Positions 47,405 to 56,149 of a stretch of 64,000 nucleotides of DNA are shown piece by piece. The notes under the pieces are model-generated. The model worked only from the letters and a program-made list of their open reading frames with translations. It was not told the DNA's origin and searched no databases. The stretch lies in the IMG/VR virus record IMGVR_UViG_3300025437_000009; one strand, given 5' to 3'. The first letter of the stretch is position 1. Each line of letters starts with the position of its first letter. This stretch comes from a virus (taxonomy: Duplodnaviria > Caudoviricetes). A program made the translations under genes and the position numbers.

Positions 47405-47950
47405 TTATAAACGACGATTAACGGCGTCCCAGTCAATGATACGCCAAATGTTGTCTAAATATTTTTCTTTGTTTGCATGATAGTCTAGTGACCAAGCGTG
47501 TTCCCACCAGTCTACTAGTAAGGCTATATCAGTGCGTTTTGCATGATTACGAATTGTTTTAATCTGTCCGGATTTACTGAGATAAATCCAACCAGATCCT
47601 TGAATCTTCATTGCTTCTGTTTTGAAGTTCTTTTTAAAGTCTACAAAGTTTGTGTGATGTCGATTAATAATATCAAGTATAGTGCCACGAGGACGGCTTA
47701 CCCCCGGGTTCTTGAATTGACTAAAGTAGATGCCGTGCAAGTATGCACCTGCTTCGTTGAATCCACGATCACCTTCATGTTTGTTGAAACGATCAACATA
47801 CCCTTTATACAACTTGCCATAGTGATAGTCGATAGTTGCCGAGCTCATCACTGGACTTAAAGCAGTTTTAGAATAGGGCAGTTTAATTTGCTCTAGTGTG
47901 CCTTTTTCTTTTGCTTCTAGGAGGTCTAGTGTTTGTCTTATATCAGTCAT
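47405..47950 (-). CDS. sod: Fe/Mn superoxide dismutase
   Basis: LPY...L.P, YHYGK, LHG, GSGW, DWWEHAW; metal ligands appear intact. Confidence 0.9.
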   Translation of the reverse strand: MTDIRQTLDLLEAKEKGTLEQIKLPYSKTALSPVMSSATIDYHYGKLYKGYVDRFNKHEGDRGFNEAGAYLHGIYFSQFKNPGVSRPRGTILDIINRHHTNFVDFKKNFKTEAMKIQGSGWIYLSKSGQIKTIRNHAKRTDIALLVDWWEHAWSLDYHANKEKYLDNIWRIIDWDAVNRRL

Positions 47951-47954
47951 ACTA

Positions 47955-48173
47955 TTATTTATTGCGGTATACTACACGACCGCGGCTTAGATCATACGTC
48001 GACATTTCAACATCAACTCGATCACCTAATAATATGCGTATATTATTCTGTCTTAACCTACCGCCGATCGTGGCAGTAATTTTGTGTCCATTTTCTAGTA
48101 TTACACGAAACATAGCGTTTGGTAGAACTTCGTCTACTACTCCACTCATTTCAATTATATCGTCTTTAGCCAT
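47955..48173 (-). CDS. infA: translation initiation factor IF-1
   Basis: [29 protein letters not shown]...[18 protein letters not shown]. Confidence 0.95.
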   Translation of the reverse strand: MAKDDIIEMSGVVDEVLPNAMFRVILENGHKITATIGGRLRQNNIRILLGDRVDVEMSTYDLSRGRVVYRNK

Positions 48174-48223
48174 CCCAACCTTCAAAATATTTCATATATT
48201 ATCTCCCTTACCGAGTATACTAT

Positions 48224-48958
48224 TTATTGGCGCTCGATGTCTTCTTCTGTACAATCATAACCCCACTGTATTTCTACAAGTTTACAAGGTTCACTAAAGG
48301 GATTAGTCAGTTGGTGCCATTCTTGGCGTGCTACAAAGTAACTACCGTGTACTCCTAAGGTAGTTGAGCCTGTGGGATTGATCACACGACACATGCCCTC
48401 GGTTACTTTCCAATATTCTGAACGATATTTGTGACGTTGCATACTCAGACTCTTGCCTGGTTCTACTACCAATTCTTTGACTTTGGTTCTCGGTAATTCA
48501 TATAACACTCGATAATATCCCCATGGTCTTTGAGTTTTTGGAGATTTCCATTCGTCCAGTATCCAACTGCTTGAATTGGCTTTATTTTCCCCACCAACAC
48601 CAAATGCAAACTCTACACCATCAATTGACATTTCAGGAATATTATCTGGTGTACGATCACCCCCATTGGCAAATATGATGTCTGCTTGGGGGAATTTAGC
48701 CCTGGCTCGATTGATTGCGTCTATAGCAGTACCATCGTCGTCGTTGAACTCTAAGACCCAGTCAACCATTTTTAGATTTTTTACAATAGTCAATCGTTCA
48801 TTGAATGGCATAAACGCTCGGCCCTTTTTGCGTTCTAACCAAGCGTCTGAGTTTAGCCCAACAACTAGCTGATTGCCCAATCGTTTAGCAGCATCAAAGT
48901 ATGCTATATGCCCTGAATGTATGGGATCAAATCCGCCGGTTACTATTACAATTTTCAT
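48224..48958 (-). CDS. sugar nucleotidyltransferase (HxGH) fused to a mannose-6-P isomerase type II cupin
   Basis: TGGFDPIHSGH, FANGGDR, RPWG, LSMQRH.YRSEYW. Confidence 0.85.
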   Translation of the reverse strand: MKIVIVTGGFDPIHSGHIAYFDAAKRLGNQLVVGLNSDAWLERKKGRAFMPFNERLTIVKNLKMVDWVLEFNDDDGTAIDAINRARAKFPQADIIFANGGDRTPDNIPEMSIDGVEFAFGVGGENKANSSSWILDEWKSPKTQRPWGYYRVLYELPRTKVKELVVEPGKSLSMQRHKYRSEYWKVTEGMCRVINPTGSTTLGVHGSYFVARQEWHQLTNPFSEPCKLVEIQWGYDCTEEDIERQ

Positions 48959-49344
48959 CTACGCATTTTACTAATATCAACAGCTTCTTCGTCTGAGAAA
49001 ATAGGCACAGCATTTGACTTGTGCATGGTACCGATGCCTTTGACTTTAGTACCAGTATACTCTTGATTGGGTGCAGTAGTACAGGCTACCCAGCCAGTGT
49101 CTCTAGACTCAATATAAGGAGTTTCACGTCCTGCGGGTATCTTAACTGCGACAGTAAGTGGAGGAGCCTTCATCGCACGACTGCGTTTCTTAGTGTCTTG
49201 TTCTACACCCATTGCCTTGAGCTTTTCTCGCCACATAGTGTCTAGCATTTCAGCCTTGCGTTTGGCTTCTGAACTAGCCCATTTCTTAGGTCCACGTTTT
49301 TTGCCGGTGGTACTGAGCCACGGTCCTTCTAAGTGCATTGTCAT
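48955..49344 (-). CDS. hypothetical basic protein
   Basis: Ends GTMHKSNAVPIF; promoter at 49351-49379. Confidence 0.7.
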   Translation of the reverse strand: MTMHLEGPWLSTTGKKRGPKKWASSEAKRKAEMLDTMWREKLKAMGVEQDTKKRSRAMKAPPLTVAVKIPAGRETPYIESRDTGWVACTTAPNQEYTGTKVKGIGTMHKSNAVPIFSDEEAVDISKMRR

Positions 49345-49368
49345 AAGTGTATTATAGCTTATTTAGAA

Positions 49369-49719
49369 TTATTTGCCAACCTGTTTTGGTTGCCAGTCGG
49401 TTTTGGCACAAATAATGTGGTTAGTGGGAAGGAAAAACATATGGGTCGGGAATCGACTTTTTAAACTGTTGATAATCTCTTCGTCTGTACTACCTTGCCC
49501 GAGAAACTTGTTATTATCCATATCATACCAATAATACGTATCTCGATCTTTTTCTACACGCACACGGTGTATAATTGAATCAAGGTGTTTGGTTAGTTTA
49601 ATAGCAAGTTCATCATTGGTTTTTTTGAACGCCGCTTCTACAGCAGTAAAAACTGTAATAATGGCCCAAGTACAAATGACCCAACCTATTAACAAACCGG
49701 TATCTTCAAATAACATATT
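49369..49719 (-). CDS. membrane-anchored hypothetical protein
   Basis: Likely start MLFEDTG; one TM helix. Confidence 0.55.
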   Translation of the reverse strand, partial: NMLFEDTGLLIGWVICTWAIITVFTAVEAAFKKTNDELAIKLTKHLDSIIHRVRVEKDRDTYYWYDMDNNKFLGQGSTDEEIINSLKSRFPTHMFFLPTNHIICAKTDWQPKQVGK

Positions 49720-50374
49720 AATCCCAAAGTGTACGAAAATATTTACCAAAAAGACGCAATCCATTCTCGATGCGTTTATTATGCGCTTCTAAACCTGCTC
49801 GATCTACTTTTAACTTTTTAAAACCCTTCATAAAGTCTTTTTCTTTTTCACTTTCGGTGTGATCAAAGAACTGATCTTCTCCATCAGATTTGTCAGCTAG
49901 TTGCTCAAATGTCCATATTAATTCATTGAGTACCCAATTGAAACGCATTTCAGCATGGTTATCCCAATCCCATGAATTAGTTAGTCCTTTGCGAGCACCG
50001 GGAGCATAACTACGCATTTCTTTAGGTACATCCTTGTTGTCAATCCAACCATATCCGTGCTTTTGCTTTTGTAGCTTTTTAAGCATAGGCAAGATAATCA
50101 GTGCTAGTGTATGATCCATTGACCAAACATCATACGGATCAATGTGAACATACTCTATACGCTTCTTTTTACTTTGAATCCATTCGCAAACTCGGGTTAG
50201 CCAACTATCGTTACCATCCTTGTCGTTGGCCAACCATGTACCAAAGTCGTGTACCCATTCTGGCTTATCCTCGATGCCGTACTCATCCTTGACGGGCTTA
50301 ACCCAAAAGCAAAGTAATTCTGCTATTTGGTAAGGCCCAATCCAAGATGTGTATTTTCCTAGGTACACCTTCAT
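49718..50374 (-). CDS. hypothetical protein
   Basis: ORF track; ends GL.LFGKYF..LWD. Confidence 0.7.
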   Translation of the reverse strand: MKVYLGKYTSWIGPYQIAELLCFWVKPVKDEYGIEDKPEWVHDFGTWLANDKDGNDSWLTRVCEWIQSKKKRIEYVHIDPYDVWSMDHTLALIILPMLKKLQKQKHGYGWIDNKDVPKEMRSYAPGARKGLTNSWDWDNHAEMRFNWVLNELIWTFEQLADKSDGEDQFFDHTESEKEKDFMKGFKKLKVDRAGLEAHNKRIENGLRLFGKYFRTLWD

Positions 50375-50619
50375 TATTTTTTAACAGTTTCTTGTAACTT
50401 TTTGACGTAGCCTAATTGTGCTACACGAATGTCATACATTGTTTTGAGCAATAGTGCCATAAAACTTACAGCAATTACTGTACAAATACCCTCGACTACT
50501 TGTCGTTCACTGTAGATATTACTGAGATATTCTAATGTGAGACGCATTAAAGCGCCGATGGCTAGTGCTGATACTACAAAACCTGCTATTTCTAAACCTG
50601 CTTTTAATTTAACGTTCAT
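50374..50619 (-). CDS. small two-TM membrane protein
   Basis: Two hydrophobic segments; AAGGA SD. Confidence 0.65.
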   Translation of the reverse strand: MNVKLKAGLEIAGFVVSALAIGALMRLTLEYLSNIYSERQVVEGICTVIAVSFMALLLKTMYDIRVAQLGYVKKLQETVKK

Positions 50620-50665
50620 AATATATCCTTATTTTCCGAAGTTATTAATAATTTACTACAGTTAT

Positions 50666-50694
50666 ATTATAGCATTTTGGCAATTATTGGTCAA
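50666..50694 (-). promoter_or_regulatory. sigma70-like early promoter
   Basis: TTGACC-17 bp-TATAAT; spacer nearly identical to 33816-33844. Confidence 0.8.
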
Positions 50695-50929
50695 CCCATT
50701 GCTCGCACTTCATACGTGCTGTAGGCTCCCATTCTTCGTTAAACAATACATATTCACCTTGACTTCCCAGATCTCCATCTTCACGCATAATTCGGCTAAT
50801 TTCGGGAAAGTAGTTAAGGAACGCTTGACCAAATCGATAGTCTGGTGCCTTAAGCCGAACCCACATCAGGTGTTTAAGAAACTCTTCGTACTGCTCTTTA
50901 GAAATTTTATATTGGTTTGGATTTGTCAT
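50684..50929 (-). CDS. hypothetical protein
   Basis: Likely start MTNPNQY; YRFGQAFLN motif. Confidence 0.55.
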   Translation of the reverse strand: MTNPNQYKISKEQYEEFLKHLMWVRLKAPDYRFGQAFLNYFPEISRIMREDGDLGSQGEYVLFNEEWEPTARMKCEQWVDQ

Positions 50930-51144
50930 AGGTATGTTAGTTGGAACCAAGTGGCATCGGCTGGGTTTTTAAAAGCAAATATGGTTTTGTGATCGACGTG
51001 TTCATTCATTTCCCACTCAAATCCACCTTGTATAAACTTATAGGTAAAATCCTCGTGTATAGTTAAACGCTCACGCAGACTTTGAACTATTTCAAGAGTT
51101 TCAGTCACGGTAGTAGACTCTAATATAACTTCGGTCATAACCAA
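50926..51144 (-). CDS. small protein, F..E.DA..F.L family
   Basis: C-terminal FAFKNPADATWFQL. Confidence 0.65.
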   Translation of the reverse strand: MVMTEVILESTTVTETLEIVQSLRERLTIHEDFTYKFIQGGFEWEMNEHVDHKTIFAFKNPADATWFQLTYL

Positions 51145-51374
51145 CGTAATCTAAAATGTGTAGCATCTGACGGATTTCTAAATCTAAAGCTGAATCCTTC
51201 GGTGCTTTCGTAACCATGTATGTGATATTCTCCACCAGGTGCAGTTTCCAACCACTCTAAAATTTGGTTAATAGGAAGTCGGGACCCAACACGCATAATA
51301 TCTTCCCATAAGACTATGACTTCGGTCCAATCCTCTGGTGGAGGCCACATTTCTTCTGATGTGATGTGTCTCAT
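51135..51374 (-). CDS. small protein, F..E.DA..F.L family
   Basis: C-terminal FRFRNPSDATHFRLRW. Confidence 0.7.
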   Translation of the reverse strand: MRHITSEEMWPPPEDWTEVIVLWEDIMRVGSRLPINQILEWLETAPGGEYHIHGYESTEGFSFRFRNPSDATHFRLRWL

Positions 51375-51619
51375 TTAAACTTTAGGGTAAATGCTGTTGC
51401 ATCCGATTCTTCAATGAACCAAAATGCTGCTACATGATCATAATTGTAGTCAATATCCGATGTATCTACTAATTCTGACCATACTAAACTTAGATCATTG
51501 TTCCAGCACCATGTACGCATCTGTTTGAAATGAAAAGCAGGGTCACCTATGTGTACGCAATGACAACGTTCAAGTATCGAATCGGGTGGTCTTGGTATGG
51601 TATAGTTATTTACGTGCAT
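51371..51619 (-). CDS. small protein, F..E.DA..F.L family
   Basis: C-terminal FWFIEESDATAFTLKF. Confidence 0.7.
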   Translation of the reverse strand: MHVNNYTIPRPPDSILERCHCVHIGDPAFHFKQMRTWCWNNDLSLVWSELVDTSDIDYNYDHVAAFWFIEESDATAFTLKFK

Positions 51620-51837
51620 TATTCACGGCCATCTAATTTATCTATAGTTGATTTAGCATACCAACCTATATGTCCTTCTGGGTCCATGCGTTGTATATCA
51701 TCTAATGCTGTCCGCATAATTTCACGTTCATCTTCTAATTGATAAACACGATTGCGTAGATTACTAGCATCTACCCAAGATATTAACATAGATATAAACT
51801 TAGCAACAAGCACACTCCAGTTGATCACGGTTGCCAC
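51619..51837 (-). CDS. small membrane-anchored coiled-coil protein
   Basis: ORF track. Confidence 0.55.
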   Translation of the reverse strand: MATVINWSVLVAKFISMLISWVDASNLRNRVYQLEDEREIMRTALDDIQRMDPEGHIGWYAKSTIDKLDGRE

Positions 51838-52088
51838 TTCAAGTAGTCAAACTCATCACCGTAGACCCAGTACCCGCCACCCGGGCTGGGTACAAATCTA
51901 CGATACACCATATCGCCTGGTTTATACCAACGCTCGTTAATCTGTTTGGGAAATATCTTTAGACGATACGGTTCCCAGGGATTATTTTTAGGTAGGTCAT
52001 CAAACGCAACACTTTTGATTTTCCTGCCAGGATGACTGTTAGCCGCTACTTTAAACGCTGGTTTCATTTTAGGTAATACTGCGGCCAT
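51825..52088 (-). CDS. hypothetical protein
   Basis: ORF track. Confidence 0.6.
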   Translation of the reverse strand: MAAVLPKMKPAFKVAANSHPGRKIKSVAFDDLPKNNPWEPYRLKIFPKQINERWYKPGDMVYRRFVPSPGGGYWVYGDEFDYLKWQP

Positions 52089-52321
52089 TATTTAAACCTC
52101 AATCTAAACATTATAGCATCTTGTTCATTAGTAAACCAATAACAATCTTCATGTGGGCCTTCTACAACTACAGCCATAGCAATGTCTGGAAAGTCTCGCC
52201 ACCAAGCGGCTCCCCATTCACCTATATTTTGATTCAGCCAAGGTTCACACTCGGTATAGTGACTGTAGGTCTTTACTGGAACTGATAGTTGCGGTCCGCG
52301 TTCTACAGCCATTATCCCCAC
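52088..52321 (-). CDS. small protein, F..E.DA..F.L family
   Basis: C-terminal YWFTNEQDAIMFRLRF. Confidence 0.7.
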   Translation of the reverse strand: MGIMAVERGPQLSVPVKTYSHYTECEPWLNQNIGEWGAAWWRDFPDIAMAVVVEGPHEDCYWFTNEQDAIMFRLRFK

Positions 52322-52617
52322 CTCAACAAAAACATAGTACGATCTTCTTCAGTATTAAAATGTACCACCATACCCTTTTGTGTTATGGCGCCATTGCTGT
52401 CCTCAATCCATTGATCTATTTCTCGTTGATTTAAATGCCAAAAGGCATAGTCTTCGATGATCAACAATAAATCCTTGTCAATGGGAGATGTGGCTACAAT
52501 AAACCGACCACCTGTCTGCACTTGTATCACGCCGTTAAGAAATGTAAGTTCTTGACCATTATGTTCTACTGTAACTTGGTCAAGAGTTGGAGTTAGTTGC
52601 TTGCGGTTTTTTTTCAT
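52312..52617 (-). CDS. small protein, F..E.DA..F.L family
   Basis: C-terminal VHFNTEEDRTMFLLRW. Confidence 0.7.
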   Translation of the reverse strand: MKKNRKQLTPTLDQVTVEHNGQELTFLNGVIQVQTGGRFIVATSPIDKDLLLIIEDYAFWHLNQREIDQWIEDSNGAITQKGMVVHFNTEEDRTMFLLRWG

Positions 52618-52957
52618 AAATCACTGTTACACGGTTAAGTGCTTGTCTTTCGGTATTATGTCTAGTCTGTACATAGATTTGTCCATCGGGATAATCATAA
52701 GTCAGCATCCAGTTAAAATAACGTTGGTCGTACATTTGGCGCTCTTTATACATTACAGTTTCTACTAGGTTGGGTAGAGTTCGTTCTACGCTAGGATATG
52801 TACCTTCAGGACGTTTGATACGCTCGATTAAAATTTCTTCTTGCAATTCTCGATATGATAAAGGTTCTACTTCAATCTCTGTAAATAAAGGATTCTTACG
52901 CTCTTTATTCAAAAACGCAATCATATCTTTGTCCCGCATAATAACTGTACGCTTCAT
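52580..52957 (-). CDS. hypothetical protein
   Basis: Likely start MKRTVIM, coupled to the upstream stop. Confidence 0.6.
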   Translation of the reverse strand: MKRTVIMRDKDMIAFLNKERKNPLFTEIEVEPLSYRELQEEILIERIKRPEGTYPSVERTLPNLVETVMYKERQMYDQRYFNWMLTYDYPDGQIYVQTRHNTERQALNRVTVIYEKKPQATNSNS

Positions 52958-53232
52958 AGTGATTCTACATCCTTGCAAATTAATTTGAGCCATACCAGCT
53001 CTTGCTCGTCAACTCGACCCCACGAGGTATCGGTAACGGGTCCTTTAATTAATGTAACACCATTGGCATTTTCCAACCATACTCTAGTACTATTTTTAAC
53101 TGCTTCGTCGTGCCAGACCGGATTGAACATATCAGTCTTACCCGGATGCACGTCAAACTGTGCTAGGTACCGGCAGTTAGTACGTCCAAACATTTTAACA
53201 TCTCTATTAAGTTCGTAATAGTAGTTGATCAC
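52954..53232 (-). CDS. hypothetical protein
   Basis: ORF track; ends ELVWLKL. Confidence 0.6.
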   Translation of the reverse strand: MINYYYELNRDVKMFGRTNCRYLAQFDVHPGKTDMFNPVWHDEAVKNSTRVWLENANGVTLIKGPVTDTSWGRVDEQELVWLKLICKDVESL

Positions 53233-53483
53233 TCTTTAATACCTAAATACTTTAAGTTATAATATGTAAGTGCTTCGCCTTCTAGGGGTGCATAAATGCG
53301 TATCTTAAATCCCCAAGTGTTGGGATCTGAGTCACAGAAAAATACCAAATCATTACATTTAGATTTGAGCCATTTGGCTTCTTCTGACTGTTCCCATTCG
53401 TAGATGGGAAAGGCCGCATACAGGTACGGATCTTCGCAATCGCTCATGGCAATTTCTTTAACTAAAGTTCCTCTACTACCCAT
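53229..53483 (-). CDS. small protein, divergent member of the same family
   Basis: C-terminal IYAPLEGEALTYYNLKY. Confidence 0.6.
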   Translation of the reverse strand: MGSRGTLVKEIAMSDCEDPYLYAAFPIYEWEQSEEAKWLKSKCNDLVFFCDSDPNTWGFKIRIYAPLEGEALTYYNLKYLGIKE

Positions 53484-53730
53484 TGATCATTCTCCCAACA
53501 AACTCTACTGCATAGTCTTCATTGTAACGACGCACACCGCCAGTTTTTAATTGAAACATAAGCGCATCCTGTTCATCATTAAACGTAAAGTCCATCCAAT
53601 TTTCTGTAGGATGAAAACTTACCTTTTCTCCGGGCAAGCCATAGGTTTCCACAGTCCATGCAAGTAGTTCGTTCCAAGCATCGCCGTGATTGTATTCATC
53701 AGTCCAAGGTACTCTAATTGTTATCGTCAT
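53476..53730 (-). CDS. small protein, F..E.DA..F.L family
   Basis: DFTFNDEQDALMFQLK. Confidence 0.7.
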   Translation of the reverse strand: MTITIRVPWTDEYNHGDAWNELLAWTVETYGLPGEKVSFHPTENWMDFTFNDEQDALMFQLKTGGVRRYNEDYAVEFVGRMING

Positions 53731-53938
53731 TCTTTGCCTTTAACATGCGCCAAGCAAGTGGATCTCTACGTTCCCAACAACCAAAAAACTTTTTCTTTTT
53801 CTTACTATATCTAAGCCAGATGTACCAACGATCTAAACTTAATGTAAAGCCAATGCTACCAGTATCTTTATAATGATAAATGGATAGTCCAGGCTTAATG
53901 TTTTCGCCCTCGTTACGCCACTGTATCATTGTATCCAC
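53714..53938 (-). CDS. hypothetical protein
   Basis: ORF track. Confidence 0.55.
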   Translation of the reverse strand: MDTMIQWRNEGENIKPGLSIYHYKDTGSIGFTLSLDRWYIWLRYSKKKKKFFGCWERRDPLAWRMLKAKNDDNN

Positions 53939-54126
53939 CTTAGTCTGAATAGTGTTTCACTTTCTGCGTCGGGTAAATAGAACCTCCAATGATAACTGGG
54001 GAAGTCGGTCATGAAGTTCCATTTATCCGAGTCAAAATGTCTGTGACACCATCGTATAATTCGCTCAATCTGTGTTGGGGTTAGATTAGTTGTATTAAGT
54101 ACTACGCAATTTGATTTAGATTCCAT
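53926..54126 (-). CDS. small protein, F..E.DA..F.L family
   Basis: C-terminal RFYLPDAESETLFRLRW; first gene after the promoter at 54132-54160. Confidence 0.7.
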   Translation of the reverse strand: MESKSNCVVLNTTNLTPTQIERIIRWCHRHFDSDKWNFMTDFPSYHWRFYLPDAESETLFRLRWIQ

Positions 54127-54131
54127 ACACT

Positions 54132-54160
54132 ATTATAGCATATTGGCAATTATTTGTCAG
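54132..54160 (-). promoter_or_regulatory. sigma70-like early promoter
   Basis: CTGACA-17 bp-TATAAT with spacer AATAATTGCCAATATGC. Confidence 0.7.
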
Positions 54161-54557
54161 TATGTTTGAGTGTCGCCCACATTTGCTTTTGTTCCAAAAA
54201 TTTTAGTTCAAGTTCTCGGTAACGGTCAGCACAGGCCTTGAGTTCGTCAAACTCCTGCTCCAATACAGCGTTTCTTTTGATTCGTGTGGGGATCATTAGT
54301 TCGTCTCGGATGGTCTGCATGGTTTCTCGGAGACTTAGACCATCAAGTTCAATATCTTGTTCGGATATTTTGACTTTTGGTTGCTTGTCATAGTAAGGAG
54401 TTGCAGTGGTTGTCCAAATTGGGTTTGCTCCAGTTGCAGTAGTATAAACTAATCCGCTACCATTTCCTCCCGTTATGGTCACGTTACCGTAACTTGACCC
54501 GGCCAAGCCTGCAGCAGTGACCGGAATTGTAGTTTTGTATGTTGGTGTTTTGGCCAT
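54150..54557 (-). CDS. hypothetical protein
   Basis: T/G-rich N-terminus and coiled-coil C-terminus. Confidence 0.65.
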   Translation of the reverse strand: MAKTPTYKTTIPVTAAGLAGSSYGNVTITGGNGSGLVYTTATGANPIWTTTATPYYDKQPKVKISEQDIELDGLSLRETMQTIRDELMIPTRIKRNAVLEQEFDELKACADRYRELELKFLEQKQMWATLKHTDK

Positions 54558-54559
54558 AA

Positions 54560-54592
54560 AAAATCCTTATACGGTTAAGTATAAGGACTTTT
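54560..54592 (-). terminator. hairpin terminator overlapping a promoter
   Basis: TCCTTATAC/GTATAAGGA stem then TTTTT on the minus strand; TTGACA at 54601-54606. Confidence 0.55.
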
Positions 54593-54609
54593 CATGGTGT
54601 TGTCAATCG

Positions 54610-54715
54610 TTAGCTATTCAAAACTTTTGCCACACTATTCATTACTGATGCAATACGACCAATGTCACGCAAGTTTTCTACTGTGTAGCCTTCTTGCTTG
54701 AGTGTGTCAATGAGC
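54610..54715 (-). pseudogene. ahpD: orphaned duplicate of the ahpD 3' end
   Basis: Translates DTLKQEGYTVENLRDIGRIASVMNSVAKVLNS*, 26/32 identical to the intact AhpD C-terminus; no start codon. Confidence 0.9.
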
Positions 54716-55559
54716 CTTCCGCCACACCTTGCTCTACGCTTTCTTTCACTCCGAGTTTATCAATGATATACTTGCAACTTGATGCAGAAGTATTGATGAA
54801 ACCCATGAACATTGGCCTATCATCTTTCATCATTGGCATTATATTTTTAACAAAAGATCGTGCAGTTTCTTGGGTATAATTTGGAGGAAGTCCAACATAA
54901 TTGGCTAAAGCAGTCGATGCTTTGTATGATTTATTTGAATACTCCTCTAACATATTCATAAAACCATCATCTCTCGGTTGAGTATTTTTGAATACTCCTT
55001 TTGCCATTTCAAAAGTTCCAAAGCATTCCGCAGTAATTTTTGCCATTTCTCTGTAATCAGAATCGGCGACCGCTTGCTTAGCCGCACCTAATCCGATTGC
55101 GCCAACAGCCGCCGCACCCAAGCCTTTCAAAAATCCTCTACGGTCAATTTCATCTAACTGTGCTTCCGCCACACCTTGCTGTCCTTGGACAGGGCTGTCT
55201 CTAAGTGCATCTCGATAAAACTCTTTGAAATCTTGTGCCAATTCTCTTGCTGACCACGCCCAAGTTTGACTGTCCCAATCGTCTGTCATCTCAGCTTCAA
55301 GTTTAGTACTCGGGTCTCGACCACGACTAAACCCTATACGAACAGTATGTTCAATTTGTTTATTAACCAACTTTGCAAATAGTTTGCCATTGGGATTTGG
55401 ATTAATTGTTACTTTATATCCGTGTTTTTCAGCAAACTGTATCGTTGGCTGTAAGAACTGGATTTTAGGATCAACAACACCAGCTTGGGCTGGAATATCT
55501 TCCGCCACCGGAGTCTGTGCGGTTTCTATTAAGTTAATGTAATCTCTAAGTGTTTTCAT
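54678..55559 (-). CDS. modular probable internal head protein with an internal Tat signal peptide
   Basis: Start MKTLRDYINLIE after TAAATA (55567-55572); QGVAEAQLDEIDRRGFLKGLGAAAVGAIGLGAAKQAVA; ends QGVAEG plus a tail borrowed from the ahpD remnant. Confidence 0.8.
   Translation of the reverse strand: MKTLRDYINLIETAQTPVAEDIPAQAGVVDPKIQFLQPTIQFAEKHGYKVTINPNPNGKLFAKLVNKQIEHTVRIGFSRGRDPSTKLEAEMTDDWDSQTWAWSARELAQDFKEFYRDALRDSPVQGQQGVAEAQLDEIDRRGFLKGLGAAAVGAIGLGAAKQAVADSDYREMAKITAECFGTFEMAKGVFKNTQPRDDGFMNMLEEYSNKSYKASTALANYVGLPPNYTQETARSFVKNIMPMMKDDRPMFMGFINTSASSCKYIIDKLGVKESVEQGVAEGSLTHSSKKATQ
54716..55180. repeat. 18-bp perfect direct repeat CTTCCGCCACACCTTGCT
   Basis: Copies at 54716-54733 and 55163-55180; 10-bp core again at 55499-55508. 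Confidence 0.9.
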
Positions 55560-55633
55560 AATGTAGTATTTATTCCTTGTTCTTACAGTTATCGCCGTGC
55601 CAACATAAGATCGATCTCTCATAGAAATATTTA

Positions 55634-56149
55634 TCAACTATTCAACACCTTTGCTACACTATTCATTACTGCCGCTATTCTGCCGATGTCTCTCAACTGC
55701 TCAACAGTATACCCCATCTTTTTTAATCCATTATAATGGGCCGAGACACAGAACTTGCATTTTCCAACAATGCTTGCGGCAAGGCTATATGCCTCAAATC
55801 GTTCTTTAGTCGTACCACCGTGGGTTGTGATTGCGTTCATTCTGAGTTGAGCCGGAAGACCTTTAAGGTTAGCATCTTCTGCCATCTCTACATATGGATA
55901 CCAAGTGTTGTTCATCGACATCAAAGATGCGGCAGTGAGTGCGGCATCTCGCTCTTGTGAGTTTTCCATAGAACTTTGAATAAAGGTAACTAATTTCCCG
56001 TTACCTGTGCTCATTGCGGCGGCCAGCGCACAACCTTCTGCTTCCTCAACTGCTAGAGTACTACGCTTAATAACAGCGTCCAAGTTCAACTTAGTGTCCT
56101 TGGCGTACTCAGGCAGACCTTCTTTAAGTTGATCTACCCAGGCAGTCAT
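55634..56149 (-). CDS. ahpD: alkyl hydroperoxide reductase AhpD
   Basis: LPEYAKD.KLNL, MSMNN.WY, GKCKFCVSAH (CxxC); TAATG coupling to ahpC. Confidence 0.92.
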   Translation of the reverse strand: MTAWVDQLKEGLPEYAKDTKLNLDAVIKRSTLAVEEAEGCALAAAMSTGNGKLVTFIQSSMENSQERDAALTAASLMSMNNTWYPYVEMAEDANLKGLPAQLRMNAITTHGGTTKERFEAYSLAASIVGKCKFCVSAHYNGLKKMGYTVEQLRDIGRIAAVMNSVAKVLNS

